A stretch of DNA of 64,000 nucleotides from a bacterium. Lineage in GTDB: Bacteria > Vulcanimicrobiota > Xenobia > Xenobiales > Xenobiaceae. A program made the position numbers and the translations under genes. Positions 55,044 through 64,000 of the stretch are shown here, piece after piece. The stretch is from positions 9,111 through 73,110 of the forward strand of contig JAFTAM010000169.1 in NCBI GenBank assembly GCA_017458675.1, read 5' to 3'. How positions within the stretch are numbered: position 1 is the first letter of the stretch; each line of letters begins with the position of its first letter. Below the pieces are notes generated by a model. It had not been told where the DNA came from, made no database searches, and saw only the letters and a list, made by a program, of their open reading frames with translations.

Positions 55044-56927
55044 TCAGTTTTGCGCTTCCGTCTCGATCTGCTTATAACCGGGCTGAGGCGCCACGTTTAT
55101 AAGCGGCAAAACGCGCGAAGCAATTTCCTGGAATACGGGAGCGGCAGACGTTCCTCCGTGATGCAGGCCCATAACCGGCTCTTCCAGGCGTACAGCCACA
55201 ATGATCTTAGGCTTATCGGCCGGCACTATGGCCATAAAGCCGGAATTGTAGCGGCCTTCTATATATCCCTTGGCGCCCTCGCAAACCTGAGCGGTGCCGG
55301 TTTTGCCGGCGACCTTGTAGCCTGCTACTCTGGCGGCCTTGCCGGTGCCGTAGCTGACCGTGCCCAGCATGCAGTCTCTCAGCTCGGCCGCGGCCTTGGG
55401 AGAAATAGGCTGCCCCAGAACTTTGGGCTCGTACTTTTTTACCGAACCGGTGCGGGGATCGATCAGCTCTTTAACGACGTGAGGCTGCATGCGCTTGCCG
55501 TCGTTGGCGATGGCCTGAGCCGCGGAAGCCAGCTGCATCATGGTGACGGCGATGCCCTGTCCGAAGGAAATAGTAGCCAGGTTCACCCTCTGCCAATCCT
55601 TATAGGGAGCGACAATGCCGCCGACCTCGCCGGCCAAATCTATGCCGGTAAGCTTGCCGAATCCGAAAGCTTCAAAGCCTTTGCCGCATTTTTCACGGCC
55701 GATATCCATAGCAACGGTAGCTGTGTGAGTATTAAAGGAGTGAGCTATGACGTTCTTCAGCGATTCGTAGATATTGCTGGAATGAGAGTTATGAATAGGC
55801 CATCCGTCCACTATTATGGTGTCCGGGCTGCAGACTACGGTTCTTTTGGTATATCCGGAATCCAAAGCCACGCCTGCCGTAAAGCACTTAAAGATAGAGC
55901 CGGGCTCATAGCAGTCGCAGATCACTCGGTTGCGCTTATTTTCTTCTTTAAAATTCTCGTACTCAGCCGGCAGAAAATCGGGGTAAGAGGTCATGGCCAG
56001 CACGTCGGCGGTAGCGGCGTCCAGAATTACGCAGCTTCCGCTCTTAGCCTTAAACTTCTTGACATTTTCGCGCAGAACGCTTTCGGCAATGAACTGAATG
56101 CGCTCATCGATAGTAAGAACGACGGTTTTGCCGTCCAGATTGCTGTTCTTATCGGCGGCGGCGCTGATTTGATTTTCCTCGTCGGCGCTGCCGGGAATGC
56201 GATCGCCGTTTTTATCTACCAGGAAGGTCCTTACTTCCGTTAAGGGAGACAGCTCGTCGTTATAGGCGGCTTCTACCCCTTGAATGCCTTTTTCGTCATG
56301 GTGACCGACCATGCCGAGGAGCTGACTGGCCAAACGCCCCTTGGGATAGCAGCGCAGACATACGTCGTCATTGGCTACTTCTATACCGCTCAAAACTCCG
56401 TAGGGATCGTCATCAGGAACAGGACCCTTACTGATTTTTTCATTGTAAATGCTATTCTGTTCCGCTGTTATAGCGTCGCAGACTTCGTCAGGAAGCTGGC
56501 GTCCCAAATATATAAAATTGGTGTCGCTCTTCAGTTTATCGCAGATCTTTTCAAAGGGCTCGTTCATAAGAGGCGCCAGGGCCTTTGCGGTCGCTTCGGG
56601 ATCTCTGACATAAGGCTGGAGTTTGCCCTCAGCGTCATAGCGCTTCTTAAGATAGGCCTGCACGGTGCGCAGCTTAACGCTGGTGGCCAGCACCGCTCCG
56701 TTGCGGTCGACGATATCGCCGCGCCGGCCCGTATATTTAATTCTCGCCTTTCTCGTCTTATCGGCATAGTCCTGATATTCGCCCTTAGATTTAGTCAGGA
56801 CCGTATTGCTTTCGGCATACAGCACGGCGGCATGCTTAGCGGCCACGGCCAGAAAGGCCAATATCATAAACAAAGCCAGAATTTTTAGATTAAACTGAAA
56901 CTTACGCTTCCAGGACCTGGAAACCAT
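55044..56927 (-). CDS. ftsI: Penicillin-binding protein, class B transpeptidase (FtsI/PBP2B-like)
   Basis: N-terminal TM, SxxK as GSIFK, SxN as SFN, and KTG as AGKTGTAQ. Confidence 0.9.
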   Translation of the reverse strand: MVSRSWKRKFQFNLKILALFMILAFLAVAAKHAAVLYAESNTVLTKSKGEYQDYADKTRKARIKYTGRRGDIVDRNGAVLATSVKLRTVQAYLKKRYDAEGKLQPYVRDPEATAKALAPLMNEPFEKICDKLKSDTNFIYLGRQLPDEVCDAITAEQNSIYNEKISKGPVPDDDPYGVLSGIEVANDDVCLRCYPKGRLASQLLGMVGHHDEKGIQGVEAAYNDELSPLTEVRTFLVDKNGDRIPGSADEENQISAAADKNSNLDGKTVVLTIDERIQFIAESVLRENVKKFKAKSGSCVILDAATADVLAMTSYPDFLPAEYENFKEENKRNRVICDCYEPGSIFKCFTAGVALDSGYTKRTVVCSPDTIIVDGWPIHNSHSSNIYESLKNVIAHSFNTHTATVAMDIGREKCGKGFEAFGFGKLTGIDLAGEVGGIVAPYKDWQRVNLATISFGQGIAVTMMQLASAAQAIANDGKRMQPHVVKELIDPRTGSVKKYEPKVLGQPISPKAAAELRDCMLGTVSYGTGKAARVAGYKVAGKTGTAQVCEGAKGYIEGRYNSGFMAIVPADKPKIIVAVRLEEPVMGLHHGGTSAAPVFQEIASRVLPLINVAPQPGYKQIETEAQN

Positions 56928-57195
56928 ACCTCACCTCCTGATAAATCTGCCCGCCGATATTTGAAAACTGGACGGCTATGATAAACGGCGGTCCGCTCCC
57001 CGTTCGCCGCTGAAACAGAAGCTGACGCCGACGCCCGGGCGCGCGCCGAATAAAAGCTCCGCTCTCAGCCGCGGCCGCTCATTCTTTCGTTCTGCGCCTT
57101 AAGCCGCCTAAAAATATGCGCAAGAGTATACTGTCCCCTCTGAAGCCCGACAGCCGTCCCTCAGGGACTCCTGCCGATCCTCTGCAGCCCGCACT

Positions 57196-57603
57196 CTACT
57201 TCTTGGCTTCCAGAACCTTGACTTGAGGATAAACCATATTCAGCTTTCCGGCTTCCGAAGCTATTCTTTCAAGTGAAGACAGTCTCTGAATATCAACGGC
57301 GACCTTCTGCTTCTCATGCTCCAAATCGTAGTATGCGGCCTTGGTGTTGTTGATTTCATACTGGACTTCTATGATGCCGGCTTTCTGTACGGTTCCGAAA
57401 ATCGCCAGAGATATAGCGTAAGCGAAAACCAGCAGCGTCCAAACCGCCACCGTAGGGAAAGCCTTAGAGACCGGGCTGTTCTGCACGCTGGTCTTTAGTT
57501 CCAGCGCTTTATCCTCGTAAATAACCGCAGTCTTGCCTATAGGAGACCGCTTAATCCATTCCGGAATAGATACGGTATTTAATTTTCTGTCGTTTAAACT
57601 CAT
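57196..57603 (-). CDS. ftsL: Cell division protein FtsL-like
   Basis: Single TM followed by a coiled-coil and the ending LERIASEAGKLNMVYP. Located between rsmH and the PBP gene. Confidence 0.6.
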   Translation of the reverse strand: MSLNDRKLNTVSIPEWIKRSPIGKTAVIYEDKALELKTSVQNSPVSKAFPTVAVWTLLVFAYAISLAIFGTVQKAGIIEVQYEINNTKAAYYDLEHEKQKVAVDIQRLSSLERIASEAGKLNMVYPQVKVLEAKK

Positions 57604-57682
57604 AGCGAATCTCTTCTTTTTAAAAATTTGAACGGATTAGTTTAGATATAATATATATATAGTAGAAAAATCTTTAAGTTAT

Positions 57683-58669
57683 TTAAGCGAGCTTCTCACA
57701 AACTCGGAGTTTAGCCGAACGGGACCTCGGATTGGCGGAGACCTCTTTTTCCGAAGGCACTGCCGGCTTACGGAAGATTTCACGGACCGAGGCTTTGGCG
57801 CCGCATACGCAGAACGGCATTTCAGGACTGCATATACACTTTCCGAGTTTTCCCCTGATAAAATGCTTGACGATTCTCTCCTCGAGAGAATGATAGCTGA
57901 TTACGGCCAGCCGTCCCCCGGGCCTGAGCAAATCGAACGCAGCCTGAAGGCCTTTCCGCAGGACTTCCAGCTCGCGGTTGACAGCGATCCTCAAGGCCTG
58001 AAATACTCTGGTAGCGGGATGAACGGTTCTGCCGCCCCGCGCCTTGGCAAAGGCGGGGACCGCGCTGCAGACGATCTCGGAGAGGCGGGAAGTCGTATCG
58101 ACGGGAGCGGTCTTCTTGGACTCTGCAATGGCAGAAGCGATTCGGCGGGCAAACTTTTCTTCGCCGTAATCGCGGAAGATCTCGAAAAGCTCCCGTTCGG
58201 AAGCCTGAGCTATCAGCTCTGCCGCCGTAAGTCCTTCCCCGTCCGGATCCATGCGCATATCCAGCTTAGCGCCGCCGCGGAAAGAAAAACCGCGCTCCGG
58301 AGTATCCAGCTGGTGAGAGGACACTCCCAGATCCATCAGCACTCCGTCTGCTCCGGAAGCCTTAAGCGCTTCGGAAAGACCGCCCATATCGGCAAAGTTG
58401 CCCTTGAGTATCCGCATGGCAATCTTCCCTTCCCGCAGAGCTTCCCGCACAGTCTCATCTTCCTCCAAAACCGTCTGAGCATGAGAGATGGCTTCGGCGT
58501 CCTGATCGATGGCGAATAAGCTTCCCCCTCCGCATTCGGCCAGTCTTCTGAGAATAGCCATGGAGTGGCCGCAGCCGCCCAGCGTAGCGTCGACGTATAC
58601 GCCGCCGCGCCTGACGGACAGAGCTTCCATAACTTCTTCCAGCAAAACGGGAATGTGGTACTGTTCCAA
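57683..58669 (-). CDS. rsmH: 16S rRNA (cytosine1402-N4)-methyltransferase
   Basis: HIPVLLEEVMEAL, DATLGGCGHS, DLGVSSHQLD. I prefer the TTG at 58669 (M-EQYHIPVLL, AGAAAGG 11 nt upstream). The 53 extra codons of the track ORF are Pro/Ser-rich and unlike RsmH. Confidence 0.9.
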   Translation of the reverse strand: MEQYHIPVLLEEVMEALSVRRGGVYVDATLGGCGHSMAILRRLAECGGGSLFAIDQDAEAISHAQTVLEEDETVREALREGKIAMRILKGNFADMGGLSEALKASGADGVLMDLGVSSHQLDTPERGFSFRGGAKLDMRMDPDGEGLTAAELIAQASERELFEIFRDYGEEKFARRIASAIAESKKTAPVDTTSRLSEIVCSAVPAFAKARGGRTVHPATRVFQALRIAVNRELEVLRKGLQAAFDLLRPGGRLAVISYHSLEERIVKHFIRGKLGKCICSPEMPFCVCGAKASVREIFRKPAVPSEKEVSANPRSRSAKLRVCEKLA

Positions 58670-59517
58670 AACTGAGGGGGCCTTTCTGAGTAAGGAGATA
58701 GAGACAGAGGCAGAGGGGCAAGCGTCTGGGGGAAACGTCTGAGAAGACGGACCTGCGCTCCCCCAAAAGCCGACAGCCGACAGTTCGGCCTGAAGAACGC
58801 TGAAAAACGGAAGGGTGGGGGGAGACAATCAAGGGAGCGGCCGATTCAGCCTGCCCTGGTTCTGTCCGCGCCGAAGCGCAGACCGGCTTATGAAATCAAA
58901 ATATTTTCTGAAGTCCCTTCAGTCTTAGAGCCGTGCGGCTCCGACCTTCGGGTTTCTCGCCTGCTCAACCGCTGAGAAGCAGCCTTGTATGCGAAGAGGT
59001 ATCTTCATATACCAGCCGAACGCTCTCTGTCTAGGGGAGAATCGGCTTATACTTTTTACACCGGTCCTGTCCGCAAAGGACCTGATCCGGATAATATACA
59101 GTTAAACGCAGAAGTTATCTCGGAAAAAATCCGATATATCAACTACGCTCCGATTTTAACATATAAAAACCTGCTGACGCAAGTGGGACAAGTGGACAAA
59201 CCGATAATTATACAAAAAATTAACATTTTTTCATATGCAAAGCGCCTCTGCAGCGCCGGTTTCCTCAGGCGAAGGGAGGTTGATTTCTCGGTACGCAGCG
59301 GCAGGCGGCGCGGCACGGCGGCGCTCAGCCGGAGAGCAAAGCGAAGCGCTGCCGACGGCGGCCGCAGAGCTGTACGTATGGGCGCGGGAACCGGCAGAGA
59401 GACAGGCCGCTCGGTCCGGAGTCCGGACGCTGCGGCTCTTTTCTCAAAAAAAAAGGAGCGTCTGCAGCCTTACAGAAAGCATATTCCCATTTTTTAGCGT
59501 TGGTTATAGGTAAAATC

Positions 59518-60903
59518 GTGGAAAAGTATGTTGTTGTGGGAGCCGGCGCAGCCGGTCTGACGTTGGCTTATTATCTGTGCAGAGCGGGCCTGGACGTCAC
59601 CGTTCTGGAGAGAGAAGAAAGTATAGGCGGACTGGCCCGCAGCTTTCGGTACGGCTCGTGGTGCTTCGACATAGGGCCGCACCGCTTCTACTCCACCAAT
59701 CCCAAAGTCAACGCCTTTCTTCAGGAGGTCAGCCAGGACAAATTCTTAGAGATTCCCCGGGTGTCTTCGGTTTTTTTCATGGATCATTATCACGACTGGC
59801 CCCTGCGTCTGAGCACGGTCTTTAAGCTGCCGCCGCTGATTGCCTTCAAAGCCGGCCTGGACATGCTTTTCAAAAACCTGGTATATGCCGGGAAAAAGAG
59901 CGATTCGTTTAAGGATTACGTCTTAAAACGTTACGGAAATACTTTATATAAAACTTTTTTCAAGGATTATACTGAAAAATTCGTGGGCATGAGTACGGAA
60001 AACACCCACAAAAACTGGGCGAAAACCGGTTTGGAAAGGGCGACTATCGATGAGACCGTCAATACCGCCACTCTTTTTGAAATTTTCAAACTCATGCTCG
60101 TACCCAAAAATGAAAATCTGCTTTTCCTTTATCCTCCCGAAGGAGGAATTCAGTCTTTCTGGAACGACTGCGCCGATGCCGTAAGAAGCATGGGGGGAAG
60201 AATCGTAACCGGCTGTCACATTGAAGAGATCGCCTGCGCAGATTCAGCGGAAGGGAAAAAGAAAATCACCGAGCTGCGCACTTCCGTTGGCGCCTTCGCC
60301 TGCGATCGGCTGTATTGGAGCGGCTCCGTAAACGAAATAGGCTCCATGCTGGGACTTTCTCCGACCGGCCTCGACTACCGCGCTCAGATTATCTGCAGCG
60401 TCATGCTCGACCGTCCTCCCCTGCAGCAGGCTCAATGGTGCTATTACGGCGCTAAGGATCTGATATTTTCCCGCATTTCCAACCCCGGCTCCTTTGCTCC
60501 CCTCTCCGTGCCCGAAGGCAAGGGCGGCCTCTGCATAGAGATTACCTGCCAATACCAGGATGAAATGTGGAACGATCCCGACAGTCTCTTCCCCAGAATA
60601 CTTAAAGAGCTGAAGGCTATCAGGGCCATATCCGAGGACGCTAAGGCAGAGGGCTTCAAAATGGAAAGAATCAGGGAAGCCTATCCTATCTACAGAATAG
60701 ATTACGGTCCGCGTCTGGACAAATTTGAATCAGAGGCTTCCGCTTTCGAAAATTTGGCTTTTATCGGACGTACAGGAAGATTCTGGTACAACAATATGGA
60801 CCACTCTATTGAGAACGCACAGGCACAGGCCTTAACGAGCTTAAAAAATCTGGAATCTCCGTCAGAAGCAGCAATCGGCGTAATCAATTTCCTCAGCAGA
60901 TAA
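59518..60903 (+). CDS. FAD/NAD(P)-binding oxidoreductase (amine-oxidase / UDP-galactopyranose-mutase-like fold)
   Basis: The dinucleotide-binding motif VVVGAGAAGLTLAYYL...VTVLEREESIGG lies directly after a GTG start. Confidence 0.7.
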   Translation: MEKYVVVGAGAAGLTLAYYLCRAGLDVTVLEREESIGGLARSFRYGSWCFDIGPHRFYSTNPKVNAFLQEVSQDKFLEIPRVSSVFFMDHYHDWPLRLSTVFKLPPLIAFKAGLDMLFKNLVYAGKKSDSFKDYVLKRYGNTLYKTFFKDYTEKFVGMSTENTHKNWAKTGLERATIDETVNTATLFEIFKLMLVPKNENLLFLYPPEGGIQSFWNDCADAVRSMGGRIVTGCHIEEIACADSAEGKKKITELRTSVGAFACDRLYWSGSVNEIGSMLGLSPTGLDYRAQIICSVMLDRPPLQQAQWCYYGAKDLIFSRISNPGSFAPLSVPEGKGGLCIEITCQYQDEMWNDPDSLFPRILKELKAIRAISEDAKAEGFKMERIREAYPIYRIDYGPRLDKFESEASAFENLAFIGRTGRFWYNNMDHSIENAQAQALTSLKNLESPSEAAIGVINFLSR

Positions 60904-61072
60904 CCAGCCTAAACTCAGCCTCACATATACAGCCGCTCAAAAACATTTTCCCTCAATCGCTTTTCGGAGGCTTTCCAGACGGGGAAGTTAAGAACAAAAA
61001 GCGAAGGGGACAGGAATCTGAACAATTTACGCATGTCACAAAAGCAGACAGAGGCAAAAGCGAGAGGAAACA

Positions 61073-62836
61073 ATGGCTGAAAGAACGTCGAAAGAAGCGA
61101 GCGGACTGCCCATATCCAGATTCGATTTATCTCTAAATTTTACGGATATTCAGTGGGCTTTCGGAGAAGTCAACAACGCCCGGGAGCAGGAAATAGAAAA
61201 ATTTGAAGAGGAATTTGCCGCCTTTATAGGCGTGAAAAAGGCCATTTATATGGCCTCTGCCAGAGCCGGTCTCTACCTGGTCCTGCAAAGCCTGAACCTG
61301 GCGCCGCGCTCCCGGGTTTTAATACCCGCCTGGACTCACCATTCAATCCCCGCCGCCATTATAGCCGCCGGCCTCCAGCCCTGTCTGGTAGATATCCGCA
61401 AAAAAACCTGGACCATGGCCCCGGAACTTATCTCCGAAGACGATTGGGACGGCGTATCGGTCATCATTATCACTCACATGTACGGCTGTCCTGCTCCCGC
61501 TCCCGAGCTGCTGGCCGAAGCCAAAAAGAGAAATATTTTTGTTATTGAAGACTGCGCTCAGGGTTTCGGAGCGGAAATAGACGGCAAAAAAGCCGGTTCC
61601 TTCGGAGACGCGGCTATCTTCTCTTTCGCCCTGACCAAAAACTTCACCACTCTGGGCGGCGGCATGGTCGTATTCCAGAACGAAAAGATCGGCTCAACCT
61701 GCGCTCAGCTCATGCAGGACGCCAAAATTACCGCCAACACCTCTATGTATCCCACTCTGCTGAAAGCCGCGGCCATGTGGGTGGGAACCAGCAAATTCGG
61801 ATTCCTGCTGGGGCCCTATCCCTTCCTGGCTCTGGGCTGGACATTCCAGGGACGCGATATGCTCCATGAAGGCTTCCGGGAAGAGGTAAACACAAGCATA
61901 CCCGATATACACCGCAAGCCTTCTCCTCTGCAGGCCGCTCTGGGACGCCGCCTGCTGAAATGGTCCGTCGAGCAGAACGAATACCGCACGAAAAACGGAC
62001 TTAAGCTTATAGAGCTCTTTGAAAAAGAACATATTCCCAACCTGTCGTTCAGCGGCGCTCCCAACTACGGAACCTCGGTTTTCATGAGCTTCGTAATTAA
62101 CTACGAAAACAGCGAAAAGCTGGGCAAGCAGCTCTTCAATAAGGGCATAGACACCTCTCCCGGCTACCTGGCGCCCGTCCATCAGCAGCCTATCTTTGCC
62201 GAAAGCTGCCGCTACTTCGGAACTCTGCCCAACACCAACTTTTTGGCCAGGACTCAGCTGCATATACCGGTTTATCCGCGCCTGCAGGAGCCTGATCTGC
62301 GCCGCATAGTGGCAAAATGCCGAGAAGCCGTGGAATACGTCGAGCACTATTACTCAGACGAGACTAAATACAGAAGTCTGCCCAGCATGGAAAAGGAAAA
62401 AGCTCTCACCGATCCCGACGCCGCCAAAGCCTCCGCTAAAGCCGAACCGCCTGCCGAAAGCAAAAATCCCAATCTGCAGCTCATGACCGGCGACAAGGCC
62501 GCCCCCGCTTCTCATAAGCCGGCTTCCTTACATGAGAGTCAGCCGCTGCCCATAAACAGAGTGCCTCCCCGCCTCAACCGCTCGGCTTCTCCCTCCCAGC
62601 CGCCCGCAGCGCCTCCGGCCGGCCGTCCCGGCGCTCATAATTCCGGAGAATATCCTGCCGCGGGAACGGCTGTGCCTTCTGCCCGTCCGGCCGGCGCCGT
62701 GCCTCCTCCGCCTCCCCGCCGCATTCCCACTTTAAACCGCGCTTCCGCTCCCTCCGCTGACAGAGGCGGTCTGCCCCAGCCTCCCCAGAGGCCGACGAGC
62801 CTGCAGTCCCGCTTAAACCGCGGGGATCGGGAATAA
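61073..62836 (+). CDS. DegT/DnrJ/EryC1/StrS family PLP-dependent aminotransferase with a ~190-aa Pro-rich C-terminal tail
   Basis: EEEFAAFIGVKKAIYMASARAGL, EDCAQGFGAEIDGKKAGSFGDAAIFSFALTKNFTTLGGG (PLP Lys in FALTKN). Confidence 0.85.
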   Translation: MAERTSKEASGLPISRFDLSLNFTDIQWAFGEVNNAREQEIEKFEEEFAAFIGVKKAIYMASARAGLYLVLQSLNLAPRSRVLIPAWTHHSIPAAIIAAGLQPCLVDIRKKTWTMAPELISEDDWDGVSVIIITHMYGCPAPAPELLAEAKKRNIFVIEDCAQGFGAEIDGKKAGSFGDAAIFSFALTKNFTTLGGGMVVFQNEKIGSTCAQLMQDAKITANTSMYPTLLKAAAMWVGTSKFGFLLGPYPFLALGWTFQGRDMLHEGFREEVNTSIPDIHRKPSPLQAALGRRLLKWSVEQNEYRTKNGLKLIELFEKEHIPNLSFSGAPNYGTSVFMSFVINYENSEKLGKQLFNKGIDTSPGYLAPVHQQPIFAESCRYFGTLPNTNFLARTQLHIPVYPRLQEPDLRRIVAKCREAVEYVEHYYSDETKYRSLPSMEKEKALTDPDAAKASAKAEPPAESKNPNLQLMTGDKAAPASHKPASLHESQPLPINRVPPRLNRSASPSQPPAAPPAGRPGAHNSGEYPAAGTAVPSARPAGAVPPPPPRRIPTLNRASAPSADRGGLPQPPQRPTSLQSRLNRGDRE

Positions 62837-62887
62837 ACCTCCGCTTCTCCTACGGGCCGATTATTTTAACGGACACTTATTGATACT

Positions 62888-63916
62888 ATGAAGCTTTACA
62901 CGATGATGCGGGCCGGAACGGCGGTGTTAAAGGGGCGGCTTACCGGCCGTCCCAAACCTATATTTGCCACTCTGGCCACCAACAGCGACTGTCAGTCTCA
63001 CTGCCGATACTGCAAAATTCCTTCCCTTAAGACCCCCCGGCTTTCTGCGGCTCAGATGATCGATATAATCGATCAGCTGGCGGATTTCGGCATTCAGCGG
63101 CTGGGCGTATGGGGCGGAGAGCCGCTGCTGCGCCCGGATTTGAAAGAAATTCTCAGCCGTGCCAAAAAGCGCGGAATGTACGTAACGCTGGATACCAACG
63201 GTTATCTTATTCCTCAGCGGCTCGAGATTCTGGACGTCATCGATCACCTAATTATTTCCCTGGACGGTCCCGAAGAGGCCCACGACGCCAACCGCGAGCC
63301 GGGTTCCTTCGCCAAAGCCTGGGCGGCGGTGGAAAAAGTCAGCGAAAGGGGAACGCCTCTCTGGACCATCACGGTGCTGACCGCCAACAATTTAGACAAA
63401 GTCGGCTGGATTTTGGATCAGGCCGAAGCTAAAAATTTTACGCCCACCTTCCAGGTGCTCCATCACAGCGATTATTACGGAATAAACGATCCTCTGCGCC
63501 CTTCGGACGAAGCCTGCCGCGCCTGCCTCAAAAAGCTTATCGAAGCTAAAAAGCAGGGACGGAAAATGGGCAATTCTCTGCAGTGTCTGGAGCACCTGCT
63601 GGCCTGGCCGGACTACAAGCTCAACGCCTCTCCTCAGTCAGGCCGCGGCTGGAATCAATGCTGGGCCGGCAGATTCTATGTCAATATCGACGCCGACGGC
63701 TGCCTCTATCCCTGCTCTCTGCTGATTAACGAAAACAAGGGGCCGAATATCCTCGAGCTCGGCTTTGAGCAGGCCTGGCAGAAGCTGATCTCATCTCCTC
63801 TGCCCTGCCAGAGCTGCTCGGCCACCTGCTTTACCGAGTACAACCTTTTGTTCTCCTTAAACCACCGCACGATACTGCAGTGGGTGCTGGCTATGAAAGG
63901 CCGCCTGAAAAAATGA
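62888..63916 (+). CDS. Radical SAM protein with a SPASM/twitch-like C-terminal Cys cluster
   Basis: CQSHCRYC (CxxxCxxC). C-terminal CWAGRFYVNIDADGCLYPC ... CQSCSATC. Confidence 0.85.
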   Translation: MKLYTMMRAGTAVLKGRLTGRPKPIFATLATNSDCQSHCRYCKIPSLKTPRLSAAQMIDIIDQLADFGIQRLGVWGGEPLLRPDLKEILSRAKKRGMYVTLDTNGYLIPQRLEILDVIDHLIISLDGPEEAHDANREPGSFAKAWAAVEKVSERGTPLWTITVLTANNLDKVGWILDQAEAKNFTPTFQVLHHSDYYGINDPLRPSDEACRACLKKLIEAKKQGRKMGNSLQCLEHLLAWPDYKLNASPQSGRGWNQCWAGRFYVNIDADGCLYPCSLLINENKGPNILELGFEQAWQKLISSPLPCQSCSATCFTEYNLLFSLNHRTILQWVLAMKGRLKK

Positions 63917-64000
63917 AGGTTTTATTGCTGAATCCTCCCCGAGACAACAGTATATCCTCGGAGGTTCCCACCTCGATAAACGCAGAGACCAACACCATTC
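63913..64000 (+). CDS. Start of a further ORF (possibly a B12-binding-domain radical SAM protein), truncated by the window edge
   Basis: ATGA overlap with the previous stop. Only MKVLLLNPPRDNSISSEVPTSINAETNTI is visible. The functional guess rests solely on the MKVLLLNPP-type N-terminus. Confidence 0.3.
   Translation, partial: MKVLLLNPPRDNSISSEVPTSINAETNTI

Noticed and set aside
58840-59100. RNase P RNA, tmRNA or SRP RNA in the rsmH upstream region
   Set aside because: I noted isolated look-alike strings: ggcttat twice on the plus strand, acagagagc and gcgagaaaccc on the minus strand, gagaagcagcc. There is no GAGGAAAGUCC P4 strand, no tRNA-like ends and no SRP domain-IV motif in the proper order or spacing on either strand.
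59030-59100. TPP (THI-box) riboswitch resemblance: ctagggga... and acctgatccggataat
   Set aside because: The CUGAGA element is not in the required position. The P5 pairing (CUGG...CCAG) cannot form, because ccggataatatac has no 3' partner. The site is also ~400 nt from the nearest downstream start.
58985-59497. 170-aa and 92-aa plus-strand ORFs in the rsmH upstream region
   Set aside because: Their composition is Arg/Ala/Gly-rich and tracks the local GC-rich block. They have no RBS or motifs. They overlap the promoter-like AT-rich core.
61033-61078. 15-codon uORF (MSQKQTEAKARGNNG) overlapping the DegT start, considered as a possible SPASM precursor peptide
   Set aside because: It has no Cys or other typical modification-target residues and no leader-core organisation. 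It is likely chance.
1-64000. CRISPR arrays, rRNA genes, IS elements, prophage or toxin-antitoxin modules
   Set aside because: None seen. The only multi-copy sequences are the ~175-nt element and the 47-48-bp duplication, and no transposase, integrase or Cas-like ORFs are present.

Overview
This is a contiguous 64-kb bacterial chromosomal segment with moderate GC and many GTG/TTG starts. I cannot identify the lineage from the sequence alone. The glmU-prs-rplY(ctc)-pth gene order matches the arrangement known from Bacillus-type genomes.

Gene content, left to right:
- Truncated lytic transglycosylase, coaE, rpsA, a Pol I-family gene and mgtE.
- A four-gene GldA/F/G-type ABC module with a DUF4340 protein.
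- A Hanks-kinase neighbourhood: pseudokinase, a kinase apparently split by a frameshift, an FHA protein, a YfhO-like membrane protein, a lipoprotein and a large TM/helical-repeat protein.
- tRNA-Gln, followed by a CAT-family acetyltransferase and a copper-amine-oxidase-N-domain secreted protein.
- glmU-prs-rplY-pth, then tRNA-Leu(GAG).
- A squalene/phytoene-synthase-family gene with a small DMT-like membrane protein.
- A minus-strand operon: small Cys-rich ORF, esterase, CYTH-GT2 fusion.
- A PilZ-like ORF and a 1160-aa GlmS-like amidotransferase/SIS protein.
- A histidine-kinase / Ser-Thr-kinase(PBP) / small-ORF operon, then trpS.
- A complete dcw cluster: rsmH-ftsL-pbp-murE-murF-mraY-murD-ftsW-murG-murC-ftsQ.
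- The start of an FAD-oxidoreductase / DegT-aminotransferase / radical-SAM cluster.

I saw no rRNA, CRISPR array, transposase, integrase or phage genes.

The most unusual observations are:
1. A Pol I homologue whose polymerase catalytic motifs are all substituted while its 5'-nuclease motifs are intact.
2. A roughly 175-nt intergenic repeat family (three copies) with a conserved long hairpin. One copy sits inside a 47-48-bp duplication of a terminator region.
3. A double-length GlmS paralogue.
4. A CYTH-glycosyltransferase fusion.
5. Three Hanks-type kinase genes: one pseudokinase, one frameshift-split, one co-operonic with an orphan histidine kinase.
6. An 848-bp hairpin-rich non-coding region where mraZ would normally sit.

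All calls rest on reading motifs by eye. No database search or folding program was run.
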